The translations under genes and the position numbers were made by a program. The notes beneath the pieces are model-generated. The model had not been told where the DNA came from and searched no databases. It saw only the letters and a program-made list of their open reading frames with translations. A stretch of 64,000 bases of DNA from Bacteroidales bacterium (GTDB lineage: Bacteria; Bacteroidota; Bacteroidia; Bacteroidales; Prolixibacteraceae): assembly GCA_047974415.1 (NCBI GenBank), contig JBKECH010000002.1, forward strand, positions 13,419 to 77,418. The letters run 5' to 3'. The number at the start of each line of letters is the position of its first letter. Positions within the stretch are counted from its first letter, which is position 1. Positions 28,781-38,622 of this stretch are shown here, in pieces.

Positions 28781-28800
28781 AACTTTATGGACGGACTCTA
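28781..28800 (+). mobile_element. Family 1 solo right-end fragment abutting the next copy
   Basis: AACTTTATGGACGGACTCTA matches the right terminus GGACTTTATAGACGGACTCTA. It is followed by TT and then a complete left end. Confidence 0.6.
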
Positions 28801-28802
28801 TT

Positions 28803-28940
28803 TAGTGTCTGTCCATAATGTCGGAAGTCTGAACTATAAAGTTAAATATCAAGGCTTGCCGTTCTGTATATTGGGAGTTTACTTGTGTAAATGACCGATT
28901 CGCAAAGTGAGCATAACGCAGATATAGCTCATAAAGAACA
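28803..28940 (+). mobile_element. MITE-like repeat family 1, copy 3 (shortest form, forward; right end degenerate)
   Basis: TAGTGTCTGTCCATAATGTCGGAAGTCTGAACTATAAAGTTAAATATCAAGGCTTGCCGTTCTGTATATTGGGAGTTTACTTGTGTAAATG...GCATAACGCAGATAT. Confidence 0.85.
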
Positions 28941-28944
28941 TTGT

Positions 28945-30465
28945 TCAGCCCAGCTTTTTACATGCTGTCCTTATTCTACTCACAGCTTCTTCTGTGCCAA
29001 TTGTTGCAATGATGTCAAATAAATCTGGACCTGCATTGCTACCAACAAGCGCTATACGCATAGGGTTCATTATTGCACCGAAGTTCCATCCACTTGCATT
29101 CATGAACTCTGAGAAAACATTTTTTGTTGTACTCGCGTCATTTCCCGATGTCGTGGATATTATATCTGCTATTTTCAATAGCTTTTCTGATGTGTCCTCC
29201 TTCCATCTTTTCTCGACGGTTTTAGTGTCGTATGTGCTTGGTGCGAGGTAGAAGAAATGGGCTTGCTCCCAGAAGTCGGGTAAGAGAGTGATGCGTTCTT
29301 TTACGAGTGCTAGAACCTTGTCAGTATAGTTGTCGTCTGTATTTATTCCTTTTTCGAAGAGGACATTATTAATGAAAGGAATAAGTTTTGTATTTTCGGA
29401 TTTAGATATATATTGATGGTTAAACCATTTTGCCTTGTCGGGTGAGAATTTCGCACCAGCTTTACTGATTTGTTCCATCGAGAAGGCGGAACACAGCTCG
29501 TCGAGGTCAAATATTTCTTGGTCTGTGCCAGGACTCCAACCTAGCAAGGCGAGCATATTCACAACCGCATCGGGAAGATATCCATCTTCTTTAAACCCCG
29601 CAGATACTGCTCCGCCCTTTTCCCATTTGAGCGGAAAGACAGGGAAACCCATCTTTTCGCCGTCTCGTTTGCTCAACTTCCCTTTGCCCACAGGCTTTAG
29701 AATCAAAGGTAGGTGGGCAAATTCAGGCTTAGCGTCAAGCCAGCCAAGACTTTCGTAAAGCAATACGTGCAGAGGCAATGACGAGAGCCACTCTTCGCCA
29801 CGGATAACGTGCGATATTTTCATCGTATAGTCGTCCACGATATTTGCAAGGTGATATGTAGGCATCCCACCAGTTTTTAGCAATACTTTGTCGTCTAGCA
29901 ATGCACAATCAAATTCCACCTCGCCTCTTATGGTGTCATTCGTTTTTAGTTTTCTGTCGTTAGGCATTTTAAACCTGATGACGTAAGGCGTGTTGTTGTC
30001 AAGTAATTCCAGAGTCTGTTCTGTTGTTAGGGAAAGGGAGTTCTTTAGCTCACCACGAGTTTTATGGTTGTAAATAAAGCTTTCGCCTTTAGCTTCGGCT
30101 TTTTCTCTTTCCGTCTTTAGCTCGTCGGCAGTGTCGAAAGCATAGTAGGCATTTCCAGAGGCGATAAGTTTTTGTGCGTATTGTGCGTAGTGTGGCTTTC
30201 TTTCGCTTTGGCGATATGGACCATATTCCCCACCAAAGTCTTGACCTTCGTCGGGAGTTATGCCGAGCCATTTCAACGAGTCGATTATATACTTCTCGGC
30301 ACCATCGACATATCTCTCTTCGTCAGTATCTTCTATTCTGAGAATAAAAGTGCCGTTGTGCTTCTTAGCGAATAGGTAGTTAAACAATGCTGTGCGAACT
30401 CCGCCTATGTGGAGAGGTCCCGTTGGGCTGGGAGCAAACCTCACTCTTACCGAACTATTAATCAT
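28945..30465 (-). CDS. gltX: Glutamate--tRNA ligase
   Basis: RFAPSPTGPLHIGGVRTALFNY (HIGH) and GKLSKRDG (KMSKS-type). Confidence 0.93.
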   Translation of the reverse strand: MINSSVRVRFAPSPTGPLHIGGVRTALFNYLFAKKHNGTFILRIEDTDEERYVDGAEKYIIDSLKWLGITPDEGQDFGGEYGPYRQSERKPHYAQYAQKLIASGNAYYAFDTADELKTEREKAEAKGESFIYNHKTRGELKNSLSLTTEQTLELLDNNTPYVIRFKMPNDRKLKTNDTIRGEVEFDCALLDDKVLLKTGGMPTYHLANIVDDYTMKISHVIRGEEWLSSLPLHVLLYESLGWLDAKPEFAHLPLILKPVGKGKLSKRDGEKMGFPVFPLKWEKGGAVSAGFKEDGYLPDAVVNMLALLGWSPGTDQEIFDLDELCSAFSMEQISKAGAKFSPDKAKWFNHQYISKSENTKLIPFINNVLFEKGINTDDNYTDKVLALVKERITLLPDFWEQAHFFYLAPSTYDTKTVEKRWKEDTSEKLLKIADIISTTSGNDASTTKNVFSEFMNASGWNFGAIMNPMRIALVGSNAGPDLFDIIATIGTEEAVSRIRTACKKLG

Positions 30466-30493
30466 TTTATGTGCTTTATATTGTTGAATGTCA

Positions 30494-30523
30494 AAGGCTA
30501 TCCTAATGTGATGGGATAGCCTT
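30494..30523 (-). terminator. Hairpin downstream of lpxA (no clear T-run)
   Basis: AAGGCTATCC-N9-GGGATAGCCTT, a 10-bp stem. Confidence 0.35.
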
Positions 30524-30546
30524 GAGAATGTTCTTATTATTACGGA

Positions 30547-31329
30547 TTAGGAGTAGCCGTATCCTTTAATTATCCCTCGTTTCGATTCTCTTACGAACAG
30601 TAGAATGTCGTCTCTTTCGACAGTTGCTGACATTTCAGACTCTATGAAGTCGCAAGCCTGCGTAGTGTTCATTCCTCGTTGGAAAATATATCTGTATATG
30701 TCTTGGACCTCGCGGATTTTTTCAGTAGAAAATTCTCTACGTCTAAGTCCTATTGAATTTATTCCGACATAAGAGATGGGATTGCGAGCTGCTTTTATGA
30801 ATGGGGGGACGTCTTTGCCTACCAAAGAGCCTCCAGATATAAAAGAATGAGCCCCAATATGTACAAATTGATGTATGGCGGTCATCCCACTAATAATAGC
30901 CCAGTCGTCTACTATTACCTCGCCTGCCATTTGGCAAGAGTTGCCAATAATAACTTGGCTTCCAACGTGACAATCATGAGCAATATGTGCATATGCCATT
31001 ATGAGGCAGTTGTTACCAACAACAGTTTTGCCTTTCGAGGCAGTACCTCTGTTTACGGTAACACACTCCCGAATTGTTGTGTTGTTACCTATTTCGGCTG
31101 TTGAGTATTCCCCTTTGAACTTCAGGTCTTGAGGAACGGCTCCAATAACTGCGCCAGGGAATATCTTGCAGTTCTTACCGATTCTTGCCCCTGGTAGTAT
31201 TGTTACATTCGAACCTATTTGTGTCCCCTCGCCAATAATAACATCCTTATTGATGGTTACAAAAGGCTCGATAACCACGTTGTCAGCTACTTTGGCTTCT
31301 GGATGGACATACGAAAACGGTTGATTCAT
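30547..31329 (-). CDS. lpxA: Acyl-ACP--UDP-N-acetylglucosamine O-acyltransferase
   Basis: 260 aa left-handed beta-helix hexapeptide repeats; position in the lpxD/lpxC-fabZ/lpxA operon. Confidence 0.9.
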   Translation of the reverse strand: MNQPFSYVHPEAKVADNVVIEPFVTINKDVIIGEGTQIGSNVTILPGARIGKNCKIFPGAVIGAVPQDLKFKGEYSTAEIGNNTTIRECVTVNRGTASKGKTVVGNNCLIMAYAHIAHDCHVGSQVIIGNSCQMAGEVIVDDWAIISGMTAIHQFVHIGAHSFISGGSLVGKDVPPFIKAARNPISYVGINSIGLRRREFSTEKIREVQDIYRYIFQRGMNTTQACDFIESEMSATVERDDILLFVRESKRGIIKGYGYS

Positions 31330-31331
31330 AT

Positions 31332-32717
31332 TTATTTATTTGAATTATTTACTACTTGTGCCATAAACTCCCCCTCGGCCGCCAATGTGTCGCCCACAAA
31401 GCATTGACCTTTCATGTATGCCATTCCTCTTGTCAATGGGCTTGTCAGCGTGAGCTTCATCACGACAGTATCTCCAGGAACTACTTTCTTTCTAAACTTG
31501 ATGTTGTTAATCTTCGCAAAGTAAGTAGAAAACTCACCTTCACCCATGTTGCCAATCATCAAGACTCCACCAGTTTGTGCCATCGCCTCTACCAATAAAA
31601 CCCCAGGCATAAGTGGTTCTTCTGGAAAATGCCCTTGGAAGAATGCTTCGTTTGCTGTTACGTTCTTCACTCCTATTATAGAGGTTTTGCTTTTGTGCAA
31701 GATCTTATCGACAAGCAAAAACGGATAGCGATGAGGTAATAATCTCTTTATTTCGTTGACATCCATAAGAGACTCCCCGTTGAGGTCTACATTGGGAGCT
31801 GCATTCCTTCTTTTACGTATTTCTTTCTTGAGTATTTTTGCAAACTCGATGTTAGGTTCGTGTCCAGGGCGTGTCGCAATAATGCGTCCTTTTATTCTTT
31901 TGCCACAAAGGGACAAATCGCCTATTACGTCGAGTAGTTTATGCCGCGCACACTCATTGGCGAACTTCAAATCGACGTTGTTAAGTATGCCGTCAGCTTT
32001 AACCTCTACTCTTTCATGATTGAAGATAGCCGCAAGGCGGTCGAACTCCTCCTGATTGCACTCTTTGTCTACAATGACAATGGCGTTATCCAACTGTCCG
32101 CCTTTTATAAGATTATTGTTTAAAAGTGCTTCCAACTCGCTGAAGAATACAAATGTCCGACATTCTGAAATCTCATCTTTGAAATTAGACACAGAGTCTA
32201 AACTTGCAAATTGATTTCTCAGCGCTGTGTTATATGAAACATGAACGTCCAGCCCATACTCATTGTCTGGAAGTGCGATGATTTTTGTACCTCGCTCTTT
32301 GTCTTCGTATGTTATTTTTTCTCTTATTTCGAGGTATTCTCTTTCGGCAGATTGTATCTCCACACCAGCATTCTCTATTTCTTTCACAAAGAACTTCGAA
32401 CTACCGTCTAGGATGGGAATCTCTTCGCCGTCTAGTTCCACCGACACATTGTCTAGGTCCATTCCTACAAACGATGCCAGAAGGTGCTCGATAGTGGAAA
32501 CTCTGCACCCATCTTTTTCCAAAAGAGTACCTCGCTCGGTTTGTACAACCAAATTGGCGTCGGCCTCTATAGTTACAGGCTCTTCTGTGTCGACGCGAAC
32601 AAATTTGAAGCCGTAATTTTCAGGGGCAGGCTTAACCCAAACGGTTACATCCTTGCCCGAGTGCAAACCTTTCCCTTTAAACGAGAATGGCTTAGAAAGT
32701 GTTTTTTGATATTCCAT
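31332..32717 (-). CDS. lpxC-fabZ: Bifunctional UDP-3-O-acyl-GlcNAc deacetylase / 3-hydroxyacyl-ACP dehydratase (LpxC-FabZ fusion)
   Basis: N-terminal LpxC blocks (GKGLHSGKDV, STIEHLLASF), C-terminal FabZ (HRYPFLLVDKIL, FFQGHFPEEPLMPGVL). This is the 461-aa fusion typical of Bacteroidota. Confidence 0.93.
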   Translation of the reverse strand: MEYQKTLSKPFSFKGKGLHSGKDVTVWVKPAPENYGFKFVRVDTEEPVTIEADANLVVQTERGTLLEKDGCRVSTIEHLLASFVGMDLDNVSVELDGEEIPILDGSSKFFVKEIENAGVEIQSAEREYLEIREKITYEDKERGTKIIALPDNEYGLDVHVSYNTALRNQFASLDSVSNFKDEISECRTFVFFSELEALLNNNLIKGGQLDNAIVIVDKECNQEEFDRLAAIFNHERVEVKADGILNNVDLKFANECARHKLLDVIGDLSLCGKRIKGRIIATRPGHEPNIEFAKILKKEIRKRRNAAPNVDLNGESLMDVNEIKRLLPHRYPFLLVDKILHKSKTSIIGVKNVTANEAFFQGHFPEEPLMPGVLLVEAMAQTGGVLMIGNMGEGEFSTYFAKINNIKFRKKVVPGDTVVMKLTLTSPLTRGMAYMKGQCFVGDTLAAEGEFMAQVVNNSNK

Positions 32718-33748
32718 TACTCTTGTGTTTTATTGTGTCTTTTAAGTTCGTTTACATCACTGAGGAGTTTGTCCAGATTACGTTGTATGACAAATATCTT
32801 CTTGGCTTTAGAGGCCTCCATCGCAGGCGAGCCAAAGTAACTCTTCCCTCCTTCCAGGTTGTTGGTAATGCCAGATTGCGCCGCCAACATTGTATTATCG
32901 CCAATGGTAATATGCCCGGCTATGCCAACTTGTCCGCCAACCATACATTGTTTCCCCATTTTGGTACTACCCGCAAGCCCAACTTGCCCCGCCATAACTG
33001 TGTTCTCGCCAACCTCGCAGTTGTGACCTATCTGTATTAGGTTGTCGAGCTTTACTCCTCTTCGTATTATGGTCGAGCCAAAGGTTGCACAATCGATAGT
33101 GGTATTGGCACCTATCTCAACATAATCCTCGATTATTACATTCCCAATCTGAGGTATCTTTTTGTATTCACCAGAGCTATTGTTAGGTGCAAAACCAAAG
33201 CCATCAGAGCCAATGACTGCTCCTGCCTGAATGGTAACATTGTTGCCTATCACTGTATTGGAATATATTTTCACACCCGGATAGATACAACAATAATCAC
33301 CAATAGTTACATTTCGTCCGACGAAAACATGAGGGTAAACCTTTGAATTTTTCCCTATTTTACTCTTCTTGTCAATGTAGGCAAATGCTCCAACATACAC
33401 ATCCTCGTGTAGTTCGGCATCTTCACTTATATAGCTTGGTTGTTCGATGCCCATACGTGGGGCTTGGCTGTCTACCACCATTTGCAGCAGGACAGCAACG
33501 GATTGGTAGGCATCATCGACCTTGATAAGCGTTGCCTGAACATCTTTCTCTATGCAAAAATCTTTATTTACAAGAACGATGCTAGCTTCTGTGGAGTATA
33601 AATAGTGTGAATATTTGGGATTAGACAAAAAGGCCAATGTGCCTGGTTTGCCTTCTTCTATTTTAGATATGTTGTTTACCTTTACGTTGGTATCTCCGAC
33701 AACCTCTCCTTCAAGGAAGCTTGCTAATTGTTGAGCAGTAAACTCCAT
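32717..33748 (-). CDS. lpxD: UDP-3-O-acylglucosamine N-acyltransferase
   Basis: [20 protein letters not shown]-terminus, hexapeptide repeats. It overlaps the downstream gene by 1 nt (TAATG). ATG at complement 33746-33748 is preferred to 33775. Confidence 0.9.
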   Translation of the reverse strand: MEFTAQQLASFLEGEVVGDTNVKVNNISKIEEGKPGTLAFLSNPKYSHYLYSTEASIVLVNKDFCIEKDVQATLIKVDDAYQSVAVLLQMVVDSQAPRMGIEQPSYISEDAELHEDVYVGAFAYIDKKSKIGKNSKVYPHVFVGRNVTIGDYCCIYPGVKIYSNTVIGNNVTIQAGAVIGSDGFGFAPNNSSGEYKKIPQIGNVIIEDYVEIGANTTIDCATFGSTIIRRGVKLDNLIQIGHNCEVGENTVMAGQVGLAGSTKMGKQCMVGGQVGIAGHITIGDNTMLAAQSGITNNLEGGKSYFGSPAMEASKAKKIFVIQRNLDKLLSDVNELKRHNKTQE

Positions 33749-33791
33749 TAATTTCGTTATTTTAAATTCGTGCAAATATACAATCTATTTT

Positions 33792-35015
33792 CTATTTCTC
33801 AATTTTGGGGTAGCATAAAAAATGTTTTTCCACCATGGTGTGCAGACCATATATATTTATGTCTGACATCTCGTCGATGGGCAGTACATTATTGTTTTTG
33901 CCTAGGATGCGGATATTGTCGTGCCCACTGTGATATGCCAAGTTAGAAATACTGTCGCAGACCACAAGGTGTTGCGAGGCATTCTTGCATTCCGGAAAGA
34001 GCGCATCAACCCTATTGCGCTGGCTAATGATATGCTGTGGGTCTATACGCTCATTGCTGATTTCTATCTTGAACAACTTCCTGTTGTGCAGACCTCCAGA
34101 TAAGCTCGCAAGGATTGTGTCCTTGTCCTTAGACCAATACTTCAGGCAAGTATGAATGTCGCAGTCATCCATGTCCAGAAAATAATCAAGAACCCCACTG
34201 TCGGAAACAATCCCACGATGCTCAATCCTCTCTGACAAGAAAGGACGAAGTGTTGGCGTTGTAAAAATATCATTACCAAGCCCAATCAGCTCCCTTGCTC
34301 TCCGCATGGTTTTTATAAGCATCATCTCGGCAGACAAAACCGTCTTGTGCAAATACACCTGCCAGTACATCAGCCTTCGAGCGATAAGAAATTTCTCAAT
34401 GGAGTATATACCCTTCTCCTCCACAACAAGCATATCGTCTCGCACGTCCAGCATCTTTATAATTCGGTCGGCACCAACAACCCCCTCGCTCACACCAGTG
34501 TAAAAAGTATCCCTTGTCAGATAATCCAACCTGTCCATGTCCAGCTGACTAGAAACCAATTGATGAAGAAAACCCTTGGAATACTTACCCTCAAAGATTT
34601 CTAGCGCCATGTCCAGCTGCCCGTCAAACTCCGCATTCAATCTTTTTATTATTTCGAGCGACAAAACCTCGTGCGAGACACCAAAAACTATACTATCCTC
34701 CAAAACATGCGAAAAAGGTCCATGCCCGATATCGTGAAGAAGTATAGCAATCAATGTCGACTCAGCTTCTTCCTCCGAAATGTCAACCCCCTTTTGTATC
34801 AGAGTATTCAAAGCCAAACGAGTGAGGTGAAACGCCCCCAAGGCATGCTCAAAACGCGTGTGAGAAGCCCCAGGAAAAACAATGTTAGTAAGTCCCAACT
34901 GCTTTATCCTGCGAAGACGTTGGAAATATCGATGTTCAATCAGACTTAAAAACAAAGAATTGTCGATACTGATAAACCCATGTACAGGGTCGTTTATAAT
35001 TTTCCTTTTTGTCAT
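33792..35015 (-). CDS. HD-domain phosphohydrolase (dGTPase/SAMHD1-like superfamily)
   Basis: RFEHALGAFHL...LLHDIGHGPFSH HD signature; 407 aa. Confidence 0.8.
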   Translation of the reverse strand: MTKRKIINDPVHGFISIDNSLFLSLIEHRYFQRLRRIKQLGLTNIVFPGASHTRFEHALGAFHLTRLALNTLIQKGVDISEEEAESTLIAILLHDIGHGPFSHVLEDSIVFGVSHEVLSLEIIKRLNAEFDGQLDMALEIFEGKYSKGFLHQLVSSQLDMDRLDYLTRDTFYTGVSEGVVGADRIIKMLDVRDDMLVVEEKGIYSIEKFLIARRLMYWQVYLHKTVLSAEMMLIKTMRRARELIGLGNDIFTTPTLRPFLSERIEHRGIVSDSGVLDYFLDMDDCDIHTCLKYWSKDKDTILASLSGGLHNRKLFKIEISNERIDPQHIISQRNRVDALFPECKNASQHLVVCDSISNLAYHSGHDNIRILGKNNNVLPIDEMSDINIYGLHTMVEKHFLCYPKIEK

Positions 35016-35165
35016 AAATAATTTAGTCTTTGTGCACAGTATGGAGAGTTTGGAAGAGAAAAATAGACAATTAACGCACCCAAAGTCCTAATCACTATGC
35101 CACAACTCGTTTTAGAACAACCAAAGAGCAAAAAACTGAGTGCCCACCTAAATCATAGACAAACC

Positions 35166-35678
35166 TCATTTATGCCAGTCAGAATACATCTTATACGAGT
35201 TGGCAATCCTCAGTATCTCGCCTTCCAGCAATTCCGGACCGATATCCTTTATCTTCTTCGCCGGTGCCCCGCCATACACAGAGCCAGACTCCACCACCGT
35301 GCCCTTCGTCACCACAGCTCCAGCCGCAACTATAGAGTTGGACTCCACCACGGCATCGTCAAGCACCACAGCATTCATGCCAATCAGAACATTATCCCTG
35401 ATGGTACAACCATGAACAATAGCACCGTGAGCAATAGACACATTGTTCCCGATATTCGTTGGCGACTTCTTATAAGTAGCATGTATGACAGCATTATCCT
35501 GAACGTTCACCTGATTTCCCATTCTAATATAGTGAACATCCCCACGCAACACCGCACCATACCATATACTACACCTTTTGCCCATCTGGACATCTCCTAC
35601 AATAGTTGCATTCTCAGCAATGAAACAATCCTCGCCAAAAATAGGTTCTTTTTCATTTATCCTCTTTATTAAAGCCAT
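35166..35678 (-). CDS. Gamma-carbonic-anhydrase-like hexapeptide-repeat protein (YrdA/PaaY family)
   Basis: FIAENATIVGDVQMGKRCSIWYGAVLRGD...IGNNVSIAHGAIVHGCTI. An alternative upstream ATG at complement 35715-35717 is supplied by repeat family 2. Confidence 0.82.
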   Translation of the reverse strand: MALIKRINEKEPIFGEDCFIAENATIVGDVQMGKRCSIWYGAVLRGDVHYIRMGNQVNVQDNAVIHATYKKSPTNIGNNVSIAHGAIVHGCTIRDNVLIGMNAVVLDDAVVESNSIVAAGAVVTKGTVVESGSVYGGAPAKKIKDIGPELLEGEILRIANSYKMYSDWHK

Positions 35679-35727
35679 ATATATTAATTTAATATTCTCC
35701 TGCATCTCATCTTTCATGTGTTTAAAA

Positions 35728-35792
35728 TTCTGCAATAAGTTGTAAGCAATAAGATGTAAGCTGTAAGTCGTAAGCATATAGCTCATAGCATG
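35728..35792 (-). repeat. Repeat family 2, short copy, ending 10 nt upstream of an in-frame ATGAAA of the gamma-CA-like gene
   Basis: In gene orientation: CATGCTATGAGCTATATGCTTACGACTTACAGCTTACATCTTATTGCTTACAACTTATTGCAGAA, then TTTTAAACAC, then ATGAAA. Confidence 0.7.
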
Positions 35793-36142
35793 AAAGTTTC
35801 ATCTTTCTACTACTTTAAAGGAGAGCAAACCCACAGTCAGCACCCATCCTACATTCTTAAACGCCCCAAACTACAACCCCAAAAAGCAACAATATTATTA
35901 TCCATCCTAGAGTTAAACACCTGAACCATTAAAGTTCCAAGACCTAAGCACCTTGCAGCACCCACTAACAATACACAAAAATAGTGCTTTTTCCCTTTAT
36001 CTGTTCAGAAACTTAAAAACCAATGAAGAAGTAATACATTATATGCCCAGCCCTATTTTTGCCTATTTTTTGCTGATGAGTCATGTTTTTGCAGGGGCAA
36101 TTACAAATTTTTACCCTTAATGTAAAAATAATACACTTATTT

Positions 36143-36174
36143 TTTGGGGGGCTTTTATTAAATGTCTACTTTTG
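36143..36174 (+). promoter_or_regulatory. Candidate Bacteroides-type promoter for glnN (TTTG -33-like, TACTTTTG -7-like)
   Basis: TTTG at 36143-36146 and TACTTTTG (TAnnTTTG consensus) at 36167-36174, with a 20-nt spacer, 17 nt before the ATG. Confidence 0.35.
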
Positions 36175-36190
36175 AATCAAAATAAAAAAT

Positions 36191-38380
36191 ATGGCACACG
36201 TAAGATTTGAAGCGCTCAGAGAAGCGTATTCGAGACATCCAAAAGAAGTAAAAAAAAACAGCCCATTGACATCGGACTACTACGGCAAACTCGTTTTCAG
36301 CCGGAAAAAAATGGAGAAATACCTATCCAAATACGCCTACAAAGCAGTAGTAGACGCCAGCAGGTCGGGCGCCTCGGTGGACAGGCGAGTAGCCAGCGAA
36401 ATCGCCCTAGGCATGAAACAATGGGCATTGGAAAACGGCGCAACGCACTACACACACTGGTTTCATCCACTTACTGACGGCACAGCCGAAAAACACGACG
36501 CATTCATAGACATGTCAGAAGAAGGAGGAGTAATAGAAGAATTCTCCGGAAGCCTCCTTGTACAGCAAGAACCAGACGCATCATCATTCCCCAATGGAGG
36601 AATACGACAAACCTTCGAAGCACGAGGATACACAGCGTGGGACCCCTCGTCGCCAGCATTTATAATCGGCACAACCCTATGCATCCCAACAATATTCATA
36701 TCATACACCGGAGAAGCGCTAGACTACAAAGTACCACTCCTAAAATCAATCGCAGCACTCGATGCAGCATCAGTAGACGTCTGCCGATACTTTGACAAAA
36801 ACGTTAGCAAAGTAAACCCTCAACTAGGATGGGAACAAGAGTACTTCCTCGTCGATAGAGCCCTGTTCAGAGCCCGCCCAGACCTAGTACTGACAGGACG
36901 CACCCTAATGGGCCATTCCTCGTCCAAAGACCAACAACTAGACGACCACTACTTCGGATCAATACCCCCCAGAGTAGCAGCATTTATGCGAAACCTCGAA
37001 GACGAATGCTACAAAATCGGTATCCCCGCCAAAACAAGACACAACGAAGTCGCCCCAAACCAATTTGAACTAGCACCAATATTCGAGGAAATGAACCTTG
37101 CCAACGACCATAACCTAATACTTATGGACATAATGAAACGCGTGGCAAACGAACACGACTTCGAAGTCCTATTCCACGAAAAACCATTCAAAGGCGTAAA
37201 CGGATCAGGAAAACACAACAATTGGTCATTAATCACAAACACAGGCGTCAACCTATTCAAACCCGGAAACAAACCAAAAGCAAACCTACAGTTCCTAACC
37301 TTCGTAATAAACACCCTCAAAGCAGTACTAGATAATCAGGACCTGCTCAGAGCCGGAATACTAACAGCTGGAAACACCCACAGGCTCGGCGCAAACGAAG
37401 CCCCCCCATCAATAATATCAGTGTTCTTAGGAACAGAAGTATCCAAAATGTTGGACGTGATGGAAAGCGCCGTCAGCGATAAACCCCTCACCCCAGACGA
37501 AAAAACAGCACTCAAACTAAACATCGGGCGAATACCCGAAATACTCCTCGATACCACAGACCGAAACCGTACATCCCCATTTGCATTTACAGGAAACCGG
37601 TTCGAGTTTCGCGCCGTTGGCTCATCAGCAAACTGTGCCTCCGCCCTTGTAATCCTAAACGCCGCAATGGCAAGGCAACTGAAACTCTTTAAAGCCGACG
37701 TGGACAAACTGATAGACGAAGGCAAAAGCAAAGACGACGCAATATTCCAAATCCTGAAAAGAATAATAATCGAAACAAAAAAAATACGATTTAGCGGAAA
37801 CGGATATAGCGACGAATGGGTGGAAGAAGCAAAAAAACGAGGACTTACAAACGTGAACTCCGTGCCAGAAGCAATGGACGCATACATGACGGAACACTCA
37901 AAAGAACTATTCTCGAACCTCAAAATATTCAACCTTAAAGAGCTGGAAGGTAGAACAGAAGTGGAACACGAGAAATATATGAAGAAAATACAGATCGAAG
38001 CACGCGTGCTGGGGGATTTGGCAATAAACCACATCATCCCTACGGCAATTAAATACCAAACCTCGATGGTCGAAAACGTTAAGGGGCTCAAAGAAATATT
38101 TGATGACGGCGAATATGAAAAACATGCCACAAACAGGAAAGACCTCATAAAGAAAATGTCCGAACACATCGAAACCGTCAAAGCAGGTGTCTCCGAAATG
38201 GTTAACGAACGCAAGAAAGCAAATGTTATTGAGGACGTCAGAGAGAGAGCGTATGCTTATTGCAACAATGTTGCACCCTACCTCGACAAAATAAGGTATC
38301 ATATTGACAAACTAGAGCTAATTGTCGATAATGAGATATGGCCATTGCCAAAATATAGGGAGCTACTATTTACTCGATGA
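36191..38380 (+). CDS. glnN: Type III glutamine synthetase (GSIII)
   Basis: 729 aa, the length and architecture of Bacteroides GSIII. Blocks include HYTHWFHPLT, NEVAPNQFELAPIF, GSGKHNNWS and RNRTSPFAFTGNRFEFRAVGSS. Confidence 0.92.
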   Translation: MAHVRFEALREAYSRHPKEVKKNSPLTSDYYGKLVFSRKKMEKYLSKYAYKAVVDASRSGASVDRRVASEIALGMKQWALENGATHYTHWFHPLTDGTAEKHDAFIDMSEEGGVIEEFSGSLLVQQEPDASSFPNGGIRQTFEARGYTAWDPSSPAFIIGTTLCIPTIFISYTGEALDYKVPLLKSIAALDAASVDVCRYFDKNVSKVNPQLGWEQEYFLVDRALFRARPDLVLTGRTLMGHSSSKDQQLDDHYFGSIPPRVAAFMRNLEDECYKIGIPAKTRHNEVAPNQFELAPIFEEMNLANDHNLILMDIMKRVANEHDFEVLFHEKPFKGVNGSGKHNNWSLITNTGVNLFKPGNKPKANLQFLTFVINTLKAVLDNQDLLRAGILTAGNTHRLGANEAPPSIISVFLGTEVSKMLDVMESAVSDKPLTPDEKTALKLNIGRIPEILLDTTDRNRTSPFAFTGNRFEFRAVGSSANCASALVILNAAMARQLKLFKADVDKLIDEGKSKDDAIFQILKRIIIETKKIRFSGNGYSDEWVEEAKKRGLTNVNSVPEAMDAYMTEHSKELFSNLKIFNLKELEGRTEVEHEKYMKKIQIEARVLGDLAINHIIPTAIKYQTSMVENVKGLKEIFDDGEYEKHATNRKDLIKKMSEHIETVKAGVSEMVNERKKANVIEDVRERAYAYCNNVAPYLDKIRYHIDKLELIVDNEIWPLPKYRELLFTR

Positions 38381-38404
38381 TTGAACTCAATCTCGATTGA
38401 TGCA

Positions 38405-38436
38405 AAAGGATGTCTGACGGACATCCTTTTTTATTT
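38405..38436 (+). terminator. Rho-independent terminator of glnN
   Basis: AAGGATGTC-TGACG-GACATCCTT followed by TTTTTATTTT. Confidence 0.75.
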
Positions 38437-38622
38437 TATACCAAGCGTGATGATAATCTAAGCCGATTATAGTGCTAGAAATAATAGTGAAAATAATATT
38501 TAGAACGATTATTACGCAATGACTATCCCAAGATGAGTAGTTTATAGCCTTACGAATACTCGAAATGTTCCAGAATTTATAATCCAGAGTCTTTCGAGCA
38601 AAATAATGAGTCCAAAATGTAT

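Noticed and set aside
33792-35015. HD-domain dGTPase-like protein as an anti-phage dNTP-depletion defence gene
   Set aside because: It sits directly upstream of the lpxD/lpxC-fabZ/lpxA operon among housekeeping genes. There are no mobile or defence neighbours, so a housekeeping role is more likely.
37336-38214. 292-aa ORF antisense to glnN, and similar long antisense ORFs (e.g. 9861-10445, 12998-13522, 15144-15638, 3617-4096, 2493-2996, 58200-58520)
   Set aside because: They lie entirely within well-supported genes on the opposite strand and have low-complexity or atypical composition. These are shadow ORFs.
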